A stretch of 64,000 bases of DNA from a bacterium (GTDB lineage Bacteria > UBA8248). The DNA is taken from contig OZ241875.1 of the NCBI GenBank assembly GCA_965203325.1, positions 3,488,001 to 3,552,000 on the forward strand. The letters run 5' to 3'. This document shows positions 19,286 to 28,372 of the stretch, one piece after another (position 1 is the first letter of the stretch; every line of letters starts with the position of its first letter). Both the position numbers and the translations under genes were made by a program. Under the pieces are notes generated by a model. The model saw nothing but the letters and a program-made list of their open reading frames with translations. It did no database searches and was not told where the DNA came from.

Positions 19286-19908
19286 GCCAGAAGGGCCGCC
19301 ACGCCGTCATAGATGAAGAAAACCCCGAATCCGAGCATCACCCACGCGCAGCCCTGCTCGATTCTCATCCACCCGGCTTCACTGATCATGCGGCTCCCCT
19401 GGTTCGACGACCATGTGACGAAGACGGCCCATACCGCATCCGCCAGCAGGTGAACGACGGTCATGCCCGCCAGACCGGCCAGCCACCCGAATTCGCTCGT
19501 CCGGGCGATGAGGCTCGCGCCGATCGTGAGCCACCACAAAATCCAGTAGGGATTCAAAAGCGTGAGCAGGACGCCGCCGGTGAGTGAGTTGCACTCCAGA
19601 ACGCTTCTTTGCTCTGGCGCGGCGGGATGGAAACTCCGGAACACGCCGCTTCCCAGGTAGATGAGGACGCCGCCGCCCAGCAGGGAAACGCCTTCGCGTA
19701 TCCCCTGGATTTCAAAGAATGGCTGAAGCCCGGCGTAAAGGGCGATGATGAGCGGGACTTCGGCCAGAGCGTGGCCGAGAGTGACCCGGATTCCCGCCCA
19801 CGGGCTTTCCCTGCCGCGCGCGATGAGGAATGCGGTGAGAGGACCCGGCGACATGACGCCGCTCAGCGAGATGACGGTGATGAATCCGTAAAATGCGAGC
19901 AGGTTCAT
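19282..19908 (-). CDS. LysE family transporter
   Basis: SGVMSPGP, LGHALAE, LLNPYWILWW; about 6 TM segments. Confidence 0.9.
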   Translation of the reverse strand: MNLLAFYGFITVISLSGVMSPGPLTAFLIARGRESPWAGIRVTLGHALAEVPLIIALYAGLQPFFEIQGIREGVSLLGGGVLIYLGSGVFRSFHPAAPEQRSVLECNSLTGGVLLTLLNPYWILWWLTIGASLIARTSEFGWLAGLAGMTVVHLLADAVWAVFVTWSSNQGSRMISEAGWMRIEQGCAWVMLGFGVFFIYDGVAALLA

Positions 19909-20150
19909 GCCTTCGGGTCTGTCTCATCGAGTAGGCGGCGCAATCGCTCGGCGTCCAGGTGATATTTGAAAACCTTCGTCTCGCCCAGATAGCCGACGGG
20001 CACCTCCTCGCCGTACAGGCGGATTAGCTTCGGATCCGTATCCACGTCGACCTCTTCGATGGCAAGGTCCGGGAAGTGGTGCATCATCGCCGCTTTCGCC
20101 TCGTCGCATAGATGACACTCGTTTCGCGTATAGAGCGTAATTTTGCGCAT
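19905..20150 (-). CDS. Glutaredoxin-like protein (DUF836 type)
   Basis: ITLYTRNECHLCDEAK (CxxC), EVDVD, YGEEVPV; likely ATG 20150. Confidence 0.85.
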   Translation of the reverse strand: MRKITLYTRNECHLCDEAKAAMMHHFPDLAIEEVDVDTDPKLIRLYGEEVPVGYLGETKVFKYHLDAERLRRLLDETDPKA

Positions 20151-20241
20151 ATCTTCCCACACCTTGGCTGGATTCGAAGTTGTCCTGCCTTCGTTGAACT
20201 ATACCAAATGATGAGATGGTTTGATTCATCGACTCGAATCC

Positions 20242-20270
20242 TTGACAACGCATTCGCCCCCCGATATAGG
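20242..20270 (+). promoter_or_regulatory. Putative sigma70 promoter of tRNA-Leu
   Basis: TTGACA (20242-20247), 17 nt spacer, TATAGG (20265-20270), 20 nt before the tRNA. Confidence 0.6.
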
Positions 20271-20290
20271 GAATGACTACCAATCTTCTC

Positions 20291-20377
20291 GCCGGAGTGG
20301 CGGAACTGGTAGACGCGCTAGATTCAGGTTCTAGTGGGCTTCGGCCCGTGGAGGTTCAAGTCCTCTCTCCGGCACCA
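20291..20377 (+). tRNA. tRNA-Leu (anticodon CAG)
   Basis: Acceptor GCCGGAG/CTCCGGC-A-CCA; D arm GGCGGAACTGGTAGACGC; anticodon arm CTAGA-TTCAGGT-TCTAG; long variable arm; GTTCAAGTC T loop. Confidence 0.97.
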
Positions 20378-20431
20378 ATAAAATCATAACGGTTCTTGCA
20401 CAGGTTCGCGTTTTTCGATTCGGGAGACTGC

Positions 20432-21685
20432 ATGAAGATCGTCGAGGACAAGCTTTCCAACGGGGTTCGCGTGGTGACGGCGGAACGCGCGGAATCGGCG
20501 GCCGTGGCGTTCCATATCTATTTCGGCTGCGGCGGCCGGCACGAGCGCGACGAGGTGGTGGGCGTTTCACATGCGCTGGAACACATGGTCTTCAAGGGTA
20601 CTCCCTCGAGAACGACGCTCGACATCGCGCGCGAGATGGAAGGCAACGGCGCGTCCATCAACGCGAACACGGCGCCCGAGCGCACTTGTTATCACTTCAC
20701 GGCGCCGGCCGATGCGTTCGCCACCGTGCTGGAAGTCTATGCGGACGCGGTGAACAACTGCCTGCTGGACAAGGACGAGTGGGACCGGGAGCGGATGGTC
20801 ATCCTGGAAGAGTTGAAGATGTATGAGGACATGCCGCGTATCTGGGTGTCAGATATGCTCGAGACCACCGTCTACAACCTGCAGATGGGCGTCATCGGGG
20901 ACCGCGATACCATCAACGCGATAGAACCCGAACACATGCGCGAGTTGATAGAGAAATGGTACACCCCCGGCAATACGGTGATCTCCGTGGCGGGCGGCGT
21001 GAAGCATGAAGAAGTGATGGCGCTCTCCGAGCAGCACTTCGGGGGCCGGGCCGGCAGCGATGAGAAGCCTCTCTCCCCCGGCTTGCCCGGGGAGAGCAAG
21101 GCCAAAATCGTGGATCAGGCCCGCCAGACGGATCAGGTGAACCTCGCGATCGGGTTTCGCGCCTTTGGCCTCAATCACGAGGACGCCGCCCCGCTTCGCG
21201 TCATGTGCAACATCCTGGGCGGAAAGATGAGCAGCCGGTTATTCACCGAAGTGCGCGAGAAGCGGGGGCTCGCCTACAGCGTGGGCGCAGCACCACACCG
21301 TTATACCGATACGGGCATGGTGGAACTGAAGGCGGGCGTCGCGCTTGAAAAGGCGGTGGAGGCGACCGAGGTGATGCTCTCCGAAACGGGCAGGTTCAAG
21401 AGCGAACCCGTAACGGGTGATGAACTGGACGAAGCGAAGCGCTACATCAAGGGAAATCTCCAGATACACGAGAGTTCGCAATACCATGCGGGCCGAAACG
21501 GCTCGAACCTCATGCTCAAGGGCAAGGTGTATCCCGTGGAAGAGGAGTTGGCGGATATCGACTCCGTGAATGAGGAAGATATCCAGCGGGTGGCGGGCGC
21601 GGTCTTTCAGGAAGACGGGCTCACCGCCGCCGTGATCGCGGAGCGAGAACTCGGCTCCGAACTCGAAGCAGCCCTCAAAATTTAG
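20432..21685 (+). CDS. M16 family zinc peptidase (pitrilysin-like)
   Basis: Inverted zincin HALEHMVFKGT, NA.T..E.T.Y, SSRLF.EVREKRGLAYSV; ATG 20432 after GGGAG. Confidence 0.93.
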   Translation: MKIVEDKLSNGVRVVTAERAESAAVAFHIYFGCGGRHERDEVVGVSHALEHMVFKGTPSRTTLDIAREMEGNGASINANTAPERTCYHFTAPADAFATVLEVYADAVNNCLLDKDEWDRERMVILEELKMYEDMPRIWVSDMLETTVYNLQMGVIGDRDTINAIEPEHMRELIEKWYTPGNTVISVAGGVKHEEVMALSEQHFGGRAGSDEKPLSPGLPGESKAKIVDQARQTDQVNLAIGFRAFGLNHEDAAPLRVMCNILGGKMSSRLFTEVREKRGLAYSVGAAPHRYTDTGMVELKAGVALEKAVEATEVMLSETGRFKSEPVTGDELDEAKRYIKGNLQIHESSQYHAGRNGSNLMLKGKVYPVEEELADIDSVNEEDIQRVAGAVFQEDGLTAAVIAERELGSELEAALKI

Positions 21686-21710
21686 CCTTATAAAATAAAC
21701 CTGCGATAAG

Positions 21711-24491
21711 CTAGCGAGCCGCTCCTTCCACCGTTACCCGAGGGCTGCTGAGAAGTATTTCCGTTCGACGATTTTTGGCGCGGCCCTCTTCGGTGTCGTT
21801 TTTCGCCACCGGGCGGTAAAATGAGTAGCCGGTCGCCGACATGCGCTCCGGCGATATGTTTTTCGATTCCAGGAACTTGACGATGGCGATAGCCCGCGCG
21901 GACGATAGTTCCCAATTCGAAGGATAACGTCTGAGCAGATTGCCTCTGATGGGCCGATTATCCGTATGTCCTTCTACCTGTATGATTTTGTCTTTTTGTT
22001 TTCCGAGAAATTCCGCAATCTTGGAGAGCGCCTCGCTTCCCTTTTCCCTGATCCTGGCGCTTCCCAGATCAAACAACAGATTGTTCACGAAGGTCACGCG
22101 GAGCAAGTCTTCGGTTCGTCGTAGCGTGATGGATTGTTCCTGTAGCTTGCTGTCCATCTCTTTCAGGTCTGATTCCAGCCTTTTGGCCCGTTCGGCTTCT
22201 TCACGTGCTCTTTTCTCCAGGACTTTAGAGCGTGCGATAGCCAGGGTGTGTTTCTTGATCGTTTCCGCCAGGCTCAGGTTTGTCTGATTCAGCTTGTTCC
22301 TGATGAGATCGGCCACGGAGGTTTTCTCCGCGATGAGTTGGCTCATCTCTTGAACCTGCGCCCGGAGGAGTTCCCTGGCTTTTCCGAGACGGTTTGCCTC
22401 TTCGGCCCGCTTTCTTGCGAGTTCGGCGTTTCGGGTCTTTGCTTTTTCCGCCTCCGTGCGCGTCTTGCGTTCAGTATCGAGAATTTTCCGGGTTTGTTCG
22501 AGCGCGAGTTCGAGGTTCTGGGTTTTGGTTCTTCCCTTTTCGATGGTGGCGTTTTTCTCCGAGATGAGTCGGCTCATCGCCTGAACCTGGGTATTGAGGA
22601 TTTCCCTGGTTTTCTCGAGGCGCTTCATCTCCGCGGCCCGGTTTTGCGCGAGTTCGGTTTTTTGCGCGGTTGATTTCTCGGCCTTGGCCGGCGCCTTGCG
22701 CTGACTGGCGACGCTGCGTTTTTTCGCCCTTGCCTGCTCGTCCTTGATGAGTTGCCCCATCTTTCGGGCCTGGGTCTCGAGAATCTTTCTGACTTGTTCG
22801 AGGCGCTTTATCTCTGCGGCCCGTTTTTGGGCGAGTTCGATGGTTTCTTTATTTGATTTTTCAACCTTCACCCTTATCTTGCGCTCGGTTTCGAGGGCCG
22901 CCTGGATTTGCTTGAGCGCGCGCTCGAGACTTTGGGTTTTTGATTTTTCCTGTTCGATGTCGGCGCTCTTCTTCGCGATGAGTTGACGCATGATTCCAAC
23001 TTGGGTCTCGAGGCGCTCTCTGGCTTTTTCGAGACGCTTTATCTCCGAGGCCCGTTCGCTGGCGAGTTTGATGTTCTGCTGACTTGCTTTTTCGGCCTTG
23101 GCGCGCATCTTGCGCTCGGCATCGAGGGCCGCCTGGATTTGCTTGAGCTCGAGTTCGAGTTTTTGAGTTTTTGCTTTTTCCTGCTCGATGTCCGCGCTTT
23201 TCATAGTGATGAGTTGGCGCATCCTGCGGACTTGCGTCTGGAGAAGCTCCCTGACTTTTTCGAGACGCTTCGTCTCCCGGGCGCGGGTGCTGGCGAGTTG
23301 GACGTTTTGCCGATTCGATTTTTCCATCTCGACCCGCATCTTGCGCTCGTTCTCGAGCGTGGTCTGGATTTGCCTGAGCGTGCGCTCGAGTTTTTGGGCC
23401 TTCGCTTTTTCCTGTTCGATGTCGGCGCTTTTCTCCGCGACGAGCTTGCTCATCTTTTGGGCTTGGGCCTCGAGTCCTTTTATCTCCTCGGTCCGCGCCT
23501 TACGCTCGTTTTCGAGAGTTGTCTCGATTTGCTTGAGCGTACGCTCGATATTTTGATTCTTCACCGCCCCTTTCTCGATGTCGGCGCTTTTCTCGGCGAT
23601 GAGTCGGCTCATCTTTTCAGCCTGGGTCACCAGGCGCTTTATTTCTTCGGCCCGGTTCCCGGCGAGTTGTCTGTTTTGTTGGTTTGCTTTTTCAACTTCG
23701 GCGCGCGTCTTGCGCTCGTTTTCGAGGGAGCCATGGATGATGTCGAGTGTGGCTTTGAGGTTTCGGATTTTGGCTTTTTCCTGCTTGATGCCGGTGTTTT
23801 TCTCCGCGATGAGCCGACTCATCTTTTCAGCCTGGGTCACCAGGCGCTTTACCTCTTCGGCCCGGTTCCCGGCGAGTTGTCTGTTTTGTTGGTTTGCTTT
23901 TTCAACTTCGGCGCGCGTCTTGCGCTCGTTTTCGAGGGAGCCATGGATGATGTCGAGTGTGGCTTTGAGGTTTCGGATTTTGGCTTTTTCCTGCTTGATG
24001 CCGGTGTTTTTCTCCGCGATGAGTCGGCTCATCTTTTCAGCCTGGGTCACCAGGCGCTTTATCTCTTCGGCCCGGTCCCCGGCGAGTTGTCTGTTTTGTT
24101 GATTCGCTTTTTCAACTTCGGCGCGCGTCTTGCGCTCGTTGTCGAGAGCGGTCTGGTTTTCTTGGAGAGCGTTTTCGAGGCTTTGAATTTTCGCTTGCCC
24201 TTGCTCGATAGCGGCGTTTTTCTCGGTGACGCGCCTGTCCAGCTCTTCCATTTGTGTCTTGGCGGAGGCGACCTCTTTTGCGAGCCGGGACTCCAGACTC
24301 TTCATCTTCTGGTCGATGTCTTTGAAGCCCTGGATGTCGCTTTTGAGCTTGGCGGAATTCTCTTTTTCTTTTGAGAGCTCAGCTTCTCTTTGCTGCAGCA
24401 GCTCTTTTGTCGATTGGGATTGCTGGGCGAAATATCCTGTCCCGCCGAGCAGAACGGCGATAATCGCCCCTATGGAGATGCGGAGCCCCAC
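21711..24491 (-). CDS. Membrane-anchored long coiled-coil repeat protein with C-terminal OmpA/MotB-like peptidoglycan-binding domain
   Basis: N-terminal TM helix; about 750 aa of K/E/Q/R-rich heptad repeats; LFDLGSA..IQVEGHTDN..NWELSSARA..GRAKNRR; AGGAGA RBS before GTG. Confidence 0.85.
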   Translation of the reverse strand: MGLRISIGAIIAVLLGGTGYFAQQSQSTKELLQQREAELSKEKENSAKLKSDIQGFKDIDQKMKSLESRLAKEVASAKTQMEELDRRVTEKNAAIEQGQAKIQSLENALQENQTALDNERKTRAEVEKANQQNRQLAGDRAEEIKRLVTQAEKMSRLIAEKNTGIKQEKAKIRNLKATLDIIHGSLENERKTRAEVEKANQQNRQLAGNRAEEVKRLVTQAEKMSRLIAEKNTGIKQEKAKIRNLKATLDIIHGSLENERKTRAEVEKANQQNRQLAGNRAEEIKRLVTQAEKMSRLIAEKSADIEKGAVKNQNIERTLKQIETTLENERKARTEEIKGLEAQAQKMSKLVAEKSADIEQEKAKAQKLERTLRQIQTTLENERKMRVEMEKSNRQNVQLASTRARETKRLEKVRELLQTQVRRMRQLITMKSADIEQEKAKTQKLELELKQIQAALDAERKMRAKAEKASQQNIKLASERASEIKRLEKARERLETQVGIMRQLIAKKSADIEQEKSKTQSLERALKQIQAALETERKIRVKVEKSNKETIELAQKRAAEIKRLEQVRKILETQARKMGQLIKDEQARAKKRSVASQRKAPAKAEKSTAQKTELAQNRAAEMKRLEKTREILNTQVQAMSRLISEKNATIEKGRTKTQNLELALEQTRKILDTERKTRTEAEKAKTRNAELARKRAEEANRLGKARELLRAQVQEMSQLIAEKTSVADLIRNKLNQTNLSLAETIKKHTLAIARSKVLEKRAREEAERAKRLESDLKEMDSKLQEQSITLRRTEDLLRVTFVNNLLFDLGSARIREKGSEALSKIAEFLGKQKDKIIQVEGHTDNRPIRGNLLRRYPSNWELSSARAIAIVKFLESKNISPERMSATGYSFYRPVAKNDTEEGRAKNRRTEILLSSPRVTVEGAAR
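23590..24140. repeat. Near-identical intragenic tandem repeat, 210 bp (70 aa) period, about 2.6 copies
   Basis: ATCTTTTCAGCCTGGGTCACCAGGCGCTTT recurs at 23611, 23821 and 24031. Confidence 0.9.
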
Positions 24492-24599
24492 GGTTATTCT
24501 CCTGCAAGGGCGATGGTAGGTGTTACGTTTTTCATGATTCTAATTATATCACTCATTGTCGGGAAATTGGAAGAGACAAACCATAGTTGCGGTGTTATG

Positions 24600-24632
24600 A
24601 AAGCGAAGCCGGGGCTGAAGCCCCGGCTTCGC
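24600..24632 (-). terminator. Terminator-like hairpin after the BI-1/YccA gene
   Basis: GCGAAGCCGGGGC-TGAA-GCCCCGGCTTCGC, short T run on the minus strand. Confidence 0.6.
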
Positions 24633-24653
24633 GGATGGATAAGGTTGCCTTGC

Positions 24654-25364
24654 TCATTCGCGTGAAGCGCCCAGAAGCTGCGTGAGATAAATGAACATCA
24701 TGATGAAATCGAGGTAGAGTTCGAGCGCCGCCATGATGGAGGCGCGCCTGCCCGTTTCGTTGTCCGTGTCCTGGGTGTAGGCGTATTCCTTCATCTTCTG
24801 GGTGTCATAGGCCGTCAGTCCCGCAAAGATGAGAACGCCCAGAACGCTGATGGCGAAATGAACGGCGGAACTGCCCACGAAGATGTTGACGACGCTGGCG
24901 AGGATGATGCCGATGAGCCCCACCATGCAGAAGTTGCCCACACCGGATAAGTCTTTTTTCGTCACGAAGGCGAAGAGGGTCAATCCGCCGAACGCGCCGC
25001 CGGTGACGAAAAACGCCTGGGCCACGGAAGTGAGCGTGTAGCGCAGGAGCAGGGTGGAGACGGTGACGCCCAGTGTCGCGCTGTAGAGAATGAACAAAAG
25101 CGCGCCCGCTTGCCAGCCTTTGCTGCGCATCACCGGCCGGATGGAGAAAACCAGGGCGAGTTGAACGCCGATGACCAGAAATACCGAGATGGAGCTTCCA
25201 AAGATGAATTGGATGGCGGCGGGGCTGGATGCGACGTAGAACGCGCTGAAGCCCGTGACGAAGAGCCCCAGCGTCATCCAACCGTAGACGCGCTGCATGA
25301 ACGCGGCGGCGTCTTGTGCGATGACGCGTTGCCCGGTCGAGCGAGTGAAGTCTTGAGAGCGCAT
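24654..25364 (-). CDS. Bax inhibitor-1/YccA (YbhL-like) membrane protein
   Basis: FMQRVYGWM..GL, TKKDLS, GLTAYDTQK, ALELYLDFI; 7 TM segments. Confidence 0.93.
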   Translation of the reverse strand: MRSQDFTRSTGQRVIAQDAAAFMQRVYGWMTLGLFVTGFSAFYVASSPAAIQFIFGSSISVFLVIGVQLALVFSIRPVMRSKGWQAGALLFILYSATLGVTVSTLLLRYTLTSVAQAFFVTGGAFGGLTLFAFVTKKDLSGVGNFCMVGLIGIILASVVNIFVGSSAVHFAISVLGVLIFAGLTAYDTQKMKEYAYTQDTDNETGRRASIMAALELYLDFIMMFIYLTQLLGASRE

Positions 25365-25581
25365 TGAAGTGTTCCTCCTGGATTGTCCAATCTTTTGGTA
25401 TCTTAGGCGAAGCGGCCAGAGTTTATTCGCGTATCAGTGAATTCATATCCCCTGAATTCAGGAATATCACCGTACACCCGCTAATATATCCCATTTGATG
25501 AATGTTTCAAGGCTTGAAATTGTGCTTTCTTGCTAAGGTGCCGCATTCAGCCCTGAAGAAACGTCCGTGCGGAAGCAGTGT

Positions 25582-25621
25582 TTGACTTGGATTGTAAGGC
25601 CCCATACAATTAGGCCCCATA
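25582..25621 (+). promoter_or_regulatory. Sigma70 promoter overlapped by a candidate MarR operator
   Basis: TTGACT, 17 nt spacer, TACAAT; palindrome ATTGTA-N8-TACAAT (25591-25610); AGGCCCCATA at 25597 and 25612. Confidence 0.65.
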
Positions 25622-25645
25622 GCATTTAATTTTCGGAGCAATTCC

Positions 25646-26188
25646 ATGTTCTACATGAAAGAACTGCCGAACGAGGAAGATTTCAGGCCACTCGTGCCGG
25701 AGTATTCCTCTCTGGATACTTCTTCCGTCATGCTGTTTTATCTTTTCCTGCAGGTCGGCAGTGATATGCTCACCGCCTTTGAAACGTATCTGGCCAATCA
25801 CGGCGTATCGCAGGGTAGATTCATCGTTCTGTTGCTGCTGCTGCGCTCGCAAATGAGAAACAACGGTTCGGGCTTAAGCCCCTCGGAGTTGGCCGGGCAA
25901 GCCGGCGTGACGCGCGCGACGATGACCGGCTTGATGAAGGGGCTTCAGCGCGACGGGCTCATCGAGCGTTTCAGCCACGATGGCGACAGGAGGAAAGTCA
26001 TCGTGCGCCTGACGCCCAAGGGAAAAGAGAGCCTGCACGCTATTTTCCCGGACTATTACTCCCGCATAGCGGACCTCATGAATGATCTGGAGGACGATGA
26101 ACGAGAGAAATTTTTCATGCTCCTCCATAAGGTGAAGAACAAAATGTATTCATCGAAACAGGCGCCGGCCGCCGGCGCTCGAGGATGA
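25646..26188 (+). CDS. MarR family transcriptional regulator
   Basis: LSPSELA..GVTRATMTGL..L.RDGLIER..DRRKV.VRLT.KG winged helix. Confidence 0.93.
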   Translation: MFYMKELPNEEDFRPLVPEYSSLDTSSVMLFYLFLQVGSDMLTAFETYLANHGVSQGRFIVLLLLLRSQMRNNGSGLSPSELAGQAGVTRATMTGLMKGLQRDGLIERFSHDGDRRKVIVRLTPKGKESLHAIFPDYYSRIADLMNDLEDDEREKFFMLLHKVKNKMYSSKQAPAAGARG

Positions 26189-26221
26189 AGAAAACCTCTG
26201 TCGAGGAAGGAGAATAAGGCG

Positions 26222-27466
26222 ATGCCGAAACCCAAAGTGATCATTCAGCTATACCCCATGCTGCCGACGGAAAACCGGGAGGAGCGCGAGCAGAAGAGGC
26301 CCCTTGCCAGGGACAAGGATCTATACCATCACGTGCTTCACGAATGGATGGACATCGTGAAGGCCGCCGATGAGATGGGTGTCTGGGGCATCAGCACCAT
26401 TGAGCACCACCTGCATTCGGAGGGTTATGAAGTAGGGCCCAACCCGGGCGTTTTGAACGCTTGGTGGGCGAATCATGTCAAGAATGCGCGGGTGGGCGCG
26501 CTCGGTTACGTCATGGCGACCCAGGATCCGATTCGCGTGGCCGAGGAGACGGCCATCCTCGATCACATCACCAAGGGGAAGTTCTTCTGCGGCCTGGCGC
26601 GCGGATATCAGTCCAGATGGTCGAACGTCCTGGGGCAGTTCAGCGACACCCGGGCCACCGTCTCCGACGCCCTCGGCGGGGCCGACGACGTGAAGAACCG
26701 CGACATCTTCGAAGAGCGCGTCGAGATGCTCCTGAAATTCTGGCAGGAAGATTCGGTGGAAGTGAAGGGGAATTACTACGAGATTCCCTACCCGTATGAA
26801 GAGGGTATCGATTACCCGGCCTGGAAGAGCGCCCGCGACGCCGGCGCAATCGGCGAGATCGGCGACGACAATCGGGTGCGAAGGGTGAGCGTCGTTCCCA
26901 AACCCTATCAGGAGCCTTATCCGCCCGTGTTCCAGGCCGTGAGCGCGAGCCCCGATTCCATCAAATTCGCCGCAAGAAACGGTTTCCGGCCCGTGTATTT
27001 CACCAAACTGGAAAAGATGGAGGAATTCTCCCACCTCTACGTGGAAGAAGCGGCCAAGGCGGGCCACAACTTCGCGCATGGCGAGCGGCAATGCGTTTGC
27101 CGTTGGATCCACGTGACGGACACCGAAGAAGAGTACGACGAGAAGCTCAAGAACTACGATCAGGACATCTACCAGAACTTCTACGTTCCCTTCTTCCCGC
27201 AGTTCCCCGACGACACGGAGAGCATCGACTGGATTCAGAACATCAAGGAAAGCGGCATCTTCCTGGGTGGTCCGGTGGACAAGCTCAAGCAAGAATGGGA
27301 GGAAACGTACGAGAAAGTGCCTTCCGAGTTCATCACTCTCATCTGGCACTATGCGCAGTGCCCCAAGGAAGAGGTTATTTATGAGCTTGAGACGTTCATG
27401 ACGAAAGTCTGGCCCGACCTCGAGTGTCCGGTGTCGAACGGCGTCACGGTCGGCGGCGTCGCCTGA
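26222..27466 (+). CDS. LLM-class (luciferase-like) flavin-dependent oxidoreductase
   Basis: EHHLH, DPIRVAEE.AILDHITKG.F..GLARGYQ, PKPYQ.P.PP, S..SI.FAA.NG. Confidence 0.9.
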   Translation: MPKPKVIIQLYPMLPTENREEREQKRPLARDKDLYHHVLHEWMDIVKAADEMGVWGISTIEHHLHSEGYEVGPNPGVLNAWWANHVKNARVGALGYVMATQDPIRVAEETAILDHITKGKFFCGLARGYQSRWSNVLGQFSDTRATVSDALGGADDVKNRDIFEERVEMLLKFWQEDSVEVKGNYYEIPYPYEEGIDYPAWKSARDAGAIGEIGDDNRVRRVSVVPKPYQEPYPPVFQAVSASPDSIKFAARNGFRPVYFTKLEKMEEFSHLYVEEAAKAGHNFAHGERQCVCRWIHVTDTEEEYDEKLKNYDQDIYQNFYVPFFPQFPDDTESIDWIQNIKESGIFLGGPVDKLKQEWEETYEKVPSEFITLIWHYAQCPKEEVIYELETFMTKVWPDLECPVSNGVTVGGVA

Positions 27467-27481
27467 TACTTGGTAGCGATG

Positions 27482-27510
27482 AAGCCCCCGCATTCACGTG
27501 CGGGGGTTTT
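27482..27510 (+). terminator. Intercistronic hairpin / weak terminator
   Basis: AAGCCCCCGCA-TTCACG-TGCGGGGGTTTT between the LLM and cyclase genes. Confidence 0.5.
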
Positions 27511-27535
27511 GCATAACGTTTTTGAGGAGACGAGC

Positions 27536-28249
27536 ATGTACGAAATCATCGATCTGAGCCAGGAGATCTACACCGGCGCCCCCAGGTTTCCCGGGCACCC
27601 GGCGACGGAAATCGAATACGTCGCCCGGCACGAAGACGCGGCCAATGCGCCGATCAAGCCGAAAGACATCACGTATGCGGCCATGATGCTTCACATGTGC
27701 GATCACGGCCCGACGCATACCGATTCGGTCAGCCACATCGATGAGCGCGAAACGGCGCCCAATATCGATCAGGCGCCGCTCGAATGGTTCATCACACGGG
27801 CGGTTGCGCTCGATTTCACGGGCAAGGTGGGGCCGATGGAAGAAATTTCCCTGCAATTGTTACAGGACGAGCTTTCCGCGGCGAACCTCACACCCCCCAA
27901 AGACGGCACGCTCCTCTTCACGGGCGGGCATTTCAAGCGCACCTATCCGACGGATGATTACCTCACCACGTACCCGGGTCTGGGTTACGACGCCGCGAAT
28001 TTTCTTTATCGCGAATGCGGCGTGGTGAACATCGGCCAGGATGCGCCGAGCATCGACGCCGGCGTGAACACCACGGAGATGACGTTCCCCTGCCATGTGC
28101 TTTGCCGGGAACTTCAGCGCCACAACACGGAAAATCTCGCGAATGTGGAAGCGGTGGGGGGGAAGGAATTTCTCTATGTGGGGCTTCCGCTCAAGATTCG
28201 CGCAGGCACCGGCTCTCCCATACGGGCCGTCGCCGTCATGAACCTTTAA
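27536..28249 (+). CDS. Cyclase family (kynurenine formamidase-like) metallohydrolase
   Basis: IIDLS, DHGPTHTD..H, YPGL, DAPSID, ENLAN, LPLKIRAGTGSPIRAVA; ATG 27536 after GAGGAG. Confidence 0.9.
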   Translation: MYEIIDLSQEIYTGAPRFPGHPATEIEYVARHEDAANAPIKPKDITYAAMMLHMCDHGPTHTDSVSHIDERETAPNIDQAPLEWFITRAVALDFTGKVGPMEEISLQLLQDELSAANLTPPKDGTLLFTGGHFKRTYPTDDYLTTYPGLGYDAANFLYRECGVVNIGQDAPSIDAGVNTTEMTFPCHVLCRELQRHNTENLANVEAVGGKEFLYVGLPLKIRAGTGSPIRAVAVMNL

Positions 28250-28372
28250 TAAAGCGGGGAAATCTTCGTCTTTCCCATGCGTTAGTCGGAGGCGGGCATT
28301 CCCCGAATCGCTTTGCCGCCGTCATGGTTTTCGGACTAGAGGGTTTCTCGTTTTGTGAGGAGATTTCAAGAC

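Noticed and set aside
23590..24140. Possible CRISPR array
   Set aside because: Contiguous in-frame 210-bp coding repeats with no unique spacers; no cas genes in the window.
21711..24491. Flagellar stator MotB
   Set aside because: No conserved TM Asp motif, no motA neighbour, far too long.
20291..24600. Genomic island integrated at tRNA-Leu
   Set aside because: No integrase and no duplicated tRNA 3' end found by eye; the next gene is a host-like M16 peptidase.
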